Origin: Octopus sinensis
Taxonomy: Eukaryota
Assembly (NCBI RefSeq): GCF_006345805.1
Contig: NW_021835571.1
Span: 1-27,896 of the forward strand
DNA length: 27,896 nt
Direction of reading: 5' to 3'
Shown here: positions 22,532 to 27,896 of the stretch, in pieces
Layout: each line of letters starts with the position of its first letter
How positions within the stretch are numbered: position 1 is the first letter of the stretch
Notes under the pieces: generated by a model
The model's database searches: none
What the model was told of the DNA's origin: nothing
Seen by the model: the letters and a program-made list of their open reading frames with translations, nothing else
Program-made: the position numbers and the translations under genes

Positions 22532-23593
22532 GCAAAGGCTGTTCGTTTGTGTACTTCTCTCTGAACGTGGCTCTCTTTACATACTTTCCAAACGTTGGTC
22601 GCCAGTTGGTCTCCTTGGTCAGTGTTGGTGAAGGTGTTTGTTTTATTTTTGCTCTTCCTTTGATCTCATACTTCATTGAATCTTACGGTTGGCGGTATAG
22701 TTTGCTTTTACTGTGTGGCATCGAAATGCACTGTATTCCGTTCGCACTTATCTACAGCATGAAAGCAGGCGTCGCACATGGTAATTGCAAAATGTCCAGC
22801 CATTCTACAAGAGCAGCCATACGAACGGCCTCGTTTTTTGAAAGCAAGAAAAATCCACCGGCATCAAACGAGAACCATGCGAATCAGCCACAAAATAACG
22901 AGAGGAAAGAAGATCAATGCAATCTGTATTCAACTGCTACAACAAATAAAGCTTTTGAAGACACGGAATGTGATGACGCTAATAGCGGTGATAAAGATTC
23001 CACAAACGATAAACCAGAACATTTAAACTCACCACGGTTGAATGACTCCCCTATACCAAATGACGATGACAGTTCGATAGAAGTGGAGCGACCCGAGTCC
23101 AAGGAAAAGCATGGAATTAATTTAAAAAGCTGGAGAAATTTAGCCGCAAATAAAATGTACATGTTAGCTTTAATATCGGCGACCACCTTTCTTAGTACGT
23201 CAATGGTCATGCTGACGATTCTTCCTGATTTTTGCATGCAGCACGGCTTGTCACTCTCTCAAGGAGCTTGGAATAGCGCAATATCTTCAATAGGGGATAT
23301 CATCGCACGTTTTTTGGGTTCCTGGCTTCTTCATTCGAAACTGTTACCGAGCATAGTGATTTTTTCCTCAGCGATCATCATATGTGGGATTGCAATGTCG
23401 GTCTTTATCGCCGTCAACACATTGACTTATATCACCCTGACTTCGTTCTTTTTCATGTTATTCAATGGACTCGCTTACTCTCAGTACGGTGTAATCTTCT
23501 TGGATCTTGTCGATTTAGAGGACTACGCTCTGGGGATGGGCCTGAACGAAACTCTTGCTGGCATTGGTCTCTTACTGTGCGGTTATCTAGTCA
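22532..23593 (+). CDS. SLC16-like transporter, large third coding exon (TM4-TM11 including hydrophilic central loop)
   Basis: Open frame with 'LISYFIESYGWRYSLLLLCGIEMHC' (MCT YGWR motif), a long polar loop and TM8 'GDIIARF' (DxxxR pair). Phase-1 acceptor at 22531 and donor A|GTAAGT at 23594. Confidence 0.92.
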
Positions 23594-24205
23594 GTAAGTA
23601 TCTCTAAACATTTTTGGTATTTCCTCAAGTGATTGGACATGTGTGTAGGCATGCTCATATACGTGTGTGCGCATGTGCAGGATTATGACTAGAGATATAT
23701 GTGTATGCATGCATGCGTGTCTGTGCATGAGTCTGTAACGGTGAAAGATTATTTGTAGCTGTGAGATTTGTTGGTAAGATGTAAAAAATGGTCACTGCAT
23801 GAGGTTTTAAGAAAATACTTATTTACCGACGAAGGACAATCATCCTGAAACACGTGTCCCTAGATGCAGCCCGGGCGGCTGGGGGTATTTGTCTCCCCTT
23901 CGTAAATGTATATAAGGACACAGGAAAAATGTGTCAAAGCCATCAGGAGGCGTCGATGCTTCCTAGGACGAAACAGCGGTGGTGTCACGTTCGTGTTAGA
24001 TTGACAGTATACAACCATTCTATCGCCCCACCACCGTACATGTCTCTACGAGAGATTTAGAAATTTAGTATTTAGAGACGGGCAGGTTGTGATAGAGTCC
24101 GAAAGCATGCGAAGTGAACAAGTTAATTTCGACCTGTATGTTCTCGTTGTAGCAGTAAAGCAGTTAACCATAGAGAGGGGGATATGCTATTGTGTAGAGA
24201 AGAGA

Positions 24206-24437
24206 GGACGGCGGCGAGGAGGAGCTGGCAGAAACATTAGCGAAATGCGTAGCCGTATTTCGTCTGCCGTTACGTTCTGACTTCAAATTCCGCCGAGGTC
24301 GACTTTGCCTTTCATCCTTTCGGGGTCGATTAAATAAGTACCAGTTACGCACTGGGGTCAATATAATCGACTTAATCCGTTTGTCTGTCATTGTTTTTCC
24401 TCTCTATGTTTAGCCCCTTGTGGGTAGTAAAGAAATA
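24206..24437 (+). mobile_element. Family A-related SINE with 18-bp target-site duplication
   Basis: TATTGTGTAGAGAAGAGA occurs at 24188-24205 and 24438-24455. Head GAGCTGGCAGAAAC, core 'gaggtcgactttgcctttcatcctttcggggtcgat'. Confidence 0.88.
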
Positions 24438-24559
24438 TATTGTGTAGAGAAGAGAAAGTGGGAGAGTATGGAACGAAACAACTGTTCCATTGGTAAGATA
24501 CCATCGTTGTTCTCCTCGTCCCATTTTTCTTTAGAGACGCCATTTTGTCCAACCTGTCA

Positions 24560-25125
24560 ACCAGACTCCGTTCTCACCAACTGACTGACTAATTGAGTTA
24601 TCAGCAAATGACTAATTAACTTCTTTGCCTGGGATCCTTGCTAGAAGGATGGATATATCATTGAGAACAATGGATTTGGCAGGAGGTCTTTGATATCTCT
24701 ATTCTAGCTTTTGGTTAAGTGGAAGAGGTTAGAAATGGTCAAGTGGTGAAGACATTGTTTCGGCCTAGCTAAAAGGCATCTGGAAAATGTAAAACTGGTG
24801 TCAGAAGAAAAACCATTGTTCTACCGTGAGAAAGTTCTGTCGAAGTATTAATTTAAATGTAGCTATGGTGGATCGAATCCACTTCATGCCTGCAAGAATC
24901 ACTACAAGTCCATCCAGACGTATTTGATAAGTAAACCAAAACCGCTTTTGACTCAGAAGCATTCATGCGTATAAACATCACCCGATGCTTTACTCTATGT
25001 CTTTGAAGAGTGCAAGTTTATGATTTGTAGACAAGAATAGTGTTGATAGTGACTTTCAAGTTTCGGCCAGTCCGACGATGGATTAATTTAAGGCAACTTC
25101 AAAGTCACCGACAATAATAGTTTTG
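24560..25125 (-). mobile_element. Possible decayed LINE (APE endonuclease region) fragment
   Basis: Minus-strand KTIIVGDF near 25100-25125 resembles the APE 'IIxGDFN' motif. The rest is full of stops and the boundaries are uncertain. Confidence 0.3.
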
Positions 25126-25141
25126 TTTAAGAATAAAAAAA

Positions 25142-25142
<1 letters not shown>

Positions 25143-25172
<30 letters not shown>

Positions 25173-25599
25173 TGTATGTATGTATGTATGTATGTATGTA
25201 TGCATACATAGTATGTATGCATGCATGATGTATTTATGTATGTATGTATGTATGTATGTATGTATGTATGTATGTATGCATGCTGCATGCATGCATGCAT
25301 GCATGTATGTATGATGTATGTATGTATGTATGTATGTATGATGTATGTATGAATGTATGTTGTTTGTATGTATGTATGTATGTATGAATGTATGTATGTT
25401 TGTATGTAATGTTGTAGTATGTATGTATGTATGTATGTATGTATGTGTGTGTGTATGTATGTATGTATGTATGTACGTATGTATGTATGTATGTATGTAT
25501 GTATGTATGTATGTATGTATGTATGTATGCATGCATGTATGTATGTATGTATGTATGTATGTATGTATGTATGCATACATGTATATATATATATATATA
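25143..25599. repeat. (TATG)n microsatellite grading into (TA)n
   Basis: Direct reading. Confidence 0.97.
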
Positions 25600-25600
25600 C

Positions 25601-25823
25601 CCCAATTCATGGGCTCCTACGGAGCGTTCTTGTTCGGTTTGCTTGCTGCGCCTTTGTTTTGTTTGGACATCGTAATTCCTGGATTTTCCTGAAGAGAAAG
25701 CTGCAATATGGTATCCTCATTCAATCAGAATTTGGAAATTTGTGGCCTTTGAAACTTGTTAGAATGTAATAAAAGGAATTCTGTAAAATCTTCGTTCAAC
25801 TCCATTTCTTCCATTCACTAAAT
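25601..25823 (+). mobile_element. TA-flanked insert with hammerhead-like motif and AATAAA (probable Penelope-like 3' remnant)
   Basis: CTGAAGA (25689) is followed by a long stem II (GAAAGCTGCAA / TTGTGGCCTTT), GAAAC-TT-GTT (25751-25760) and AATAAA at 25768. Stem I is imperfect. Confidence 0.45.
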
Positions 25824-25875
<52 letters not shown>

Positions 25876-26334
25876 CAGCAGAAAATTCAAAAAACCTGTT
25901 ACTCTGAGATTCTGCTGCTTAAATAAAGCATATTACTCTACACTGGTATTTGAGTATCTTTTTCCACCTTGTTTCACATTTATGTGTTACTCCGGTATAT
26001 ATAATATATATATATGCGCAGGTATGGCTGTGTTTTTAAGACTTGGTTTTGTAAACGAAACGGTCACATTTCTTTTCAGATTTTTGTTTTAAATAATTAA
26101 GAATTTGCTGTCACAGCATTCAATGCTTTCAATGTAATTATCCTAAGTCATGCATTTAGCCTCTTTACCTGTTTATTTGTCCTTCTTTTTGATTATCTAA
26201 TTTACCTAATTCCTTTTTCTTTATATCAAAATGCAGTTTCTGACCTGTAAGCTGAGACTGTAACTTTTCTACTGATAATATGCTTACAATCATACGTACA
26301 TTCAGACTTATATGACTGTGTGTATGTATGTATG

Positions 26335-26369
<35 letters not shown>

Positions 26370-26605
26370 CTATATATATATATATATATATATATATCTG
26401 TGTGTATGTATTATATAATATATATATTATATATCTATATATATATATATATATATTAATAATCTATATATATATGTATGTATATATATATATAATATAT
26501 AGATATATATGTAATATACATCTATATATAATATATGGATGTTATATATATATATATTAATATATATATTCTATATAATATATACATATATATATTATAT
26601 GTATG

Positions 26606-26637
<32 letters not shown>

Positions 26638-26657
26638 CTATATATACTTTATATATA

Positions 26658-26717
<60 letters not shown>

Positions 26718-27896
26718 CCGGTGTTTCAGAAAATTTGATATCATTTGAGATGTAAATATCACAGAAGCTACCAAGGTCAAAGCGAATGAAATTAAACAGG
26801 CTTAGTGTTTTGTAACATAAGATCTATTCCTCCAAATTTTTAATAAGAAACTCAAAGGTTCGTGGGTTCCATGAGCGATTTTACAAATGTTCAATATGCG
26901 CACCACCTGAGACAGGGTGAAGTCGGTAGTGCAGCTCCTCCCAAACACGTTGTTGCATGTCTTCGGTAACAGTCTCCAGTGCGGTAGTGGTTCTATGCTC
27001 GAGTTCCTCTATGTTTGAAGGAAGAGGCCCTTCACATAACCCCAGAAAACAATCGAAAGGTGTCAGGTGAGATGAACGAGGCGGCCATTTCCACATCACA
27101 TTCTCTTAATCACCAGCACGCCCGACCCATCTCCCTCGTAGATTGTTCATGAGACAAGTCTTCCACACTGTGTTTCTAGTGAGGTGGAACCCCGTCCTGT
27201 TGAAAAAAGAAGTCTTCATGTTCATTTGCAAAGATCTCATCCATTAACCAATTCTGAAGCGTTTACAGCAAAACATTGCCGGTTACATTTCCCTCAAAGA
27301 AAAACGGGCGATGAAGATGCTTCTTGGACATGGCGCAGAACACGTTTGGTGAGTCCTTCTCATACTCAATTGTGGCATGGGATTTTCTTCGCCCTAAGTG
27401 TGAACCTTATGCTTATTGACTTTGCCATTCGGATGAAATGTGGCCTCAGCACTGAAAACAAGACGTTTCTTGAACTCAGCTTTATCAAGTTTCTCTTGCA
27501 TATCAACAGAGAATTGTTGGCGCTTTTGCTTGTCATCTGCTGTTATGACCTGAACAAGCTGCAGCTTGTAAGGTTTCATAAGCAAGCGTTTTCTCAGGAA
27601 GCGCCAAACTGTCGTTGGAGGAATCTGGGTTTCCAGACTTAGTTCTTCTTGGGGATTCGCAAGAGTATTTGGCAGGCGTGCTCGACTATCTCTTCCGATG
27701 TTAGTGGTCGTCCAGATCATTTTGCCCTGCACAGGCAGCCTGACTCTTTGAACTTTTTGCGCCATGTCCAAATCTGCATTGCCGTTGGTGACTTTTTAGA
27801 GAACTCTCTCACAAATGCACGCTCCAACACACAAAACGCCTTTTCTCTTCCAGTGAATGCCATTTCTGTACTTGAAAAGATAAACACATCAACAAT
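26718..27896 (-). mobile_element. Tc1/mariner DNA transposon (rosa-like), other end outside window
   Basis: TA|CCGGTGTTTCAGAAAA TIR-like end at 26718 in a TA run. Contains the decayed transposase listed below. Confidence 0.8.
26881..27863 (-). pseudogene. Inactivated Tc1/mariner transposase
   Basis: Fragments across frames: MAFTGREKAFCVLE, IPPTTVWRFLRKRLLMKPYKLQLVQ, LVFSAEATFHPNGKVNKH (FSDEA), FQQDGVPPH*, WPPRSSHLTP (SPDL) and GGAHIEHL*. It has frameshifts, stops and two mutated catalytic Asp. Confidence 0.88.

Noticed and set aside
22516-23607. 363-aa ORF as a stand-alone gene
   Set aside because: It starts at a non-ATG codon in the intron and is bounded by good splice sites, so it is an internal exon.
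27184-27642. 152-aa plus-strand ORF
   Set aside because: It is the antisense shadow of the transposase pseudogene.

Overview
Eukaryotic (animal) genomic DNA, very AT-rich and full of microsatellites. The SINE repertoire and (TA)n/(TATG)n/(ATT)n density suggest an octopus-like cephalopod (inference). Three phase-1-linked coding exons of a divergent SLC16/MCT-like MFS transporter lie on the + strand (3720-3936, 7160-7303, 22532-23593); the last exon is probably outside the window. The dominant feature is in intron 2: about 25.3 near-identical head-to-tail ~475-bp units (7951-19923), followed by an inverted 1.2-unit arm (19922-20502), with (TA)n on both sides. Every unit carries a type I hammerhead ribozyme motif on the minus strand, so this looks like a retrozyme-type (ribozyme-satellite) insertion. 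Its inversion geometry fits twin-primed reverse transcription into a TA microsatellite. Several smaller TA-embedded inserts with decayed hammerheads and/or inverted arms resemble Penelope-like element termini. Also present are tRNA-derived SINEs, a non-autonomous Helitron, a 5'-truncated R4/Dong-like LINE in (ATT)n, and a decayed Tc1/mariner transposase. Most ORFs in the supplied track are microsatellite or satellite artefacts.
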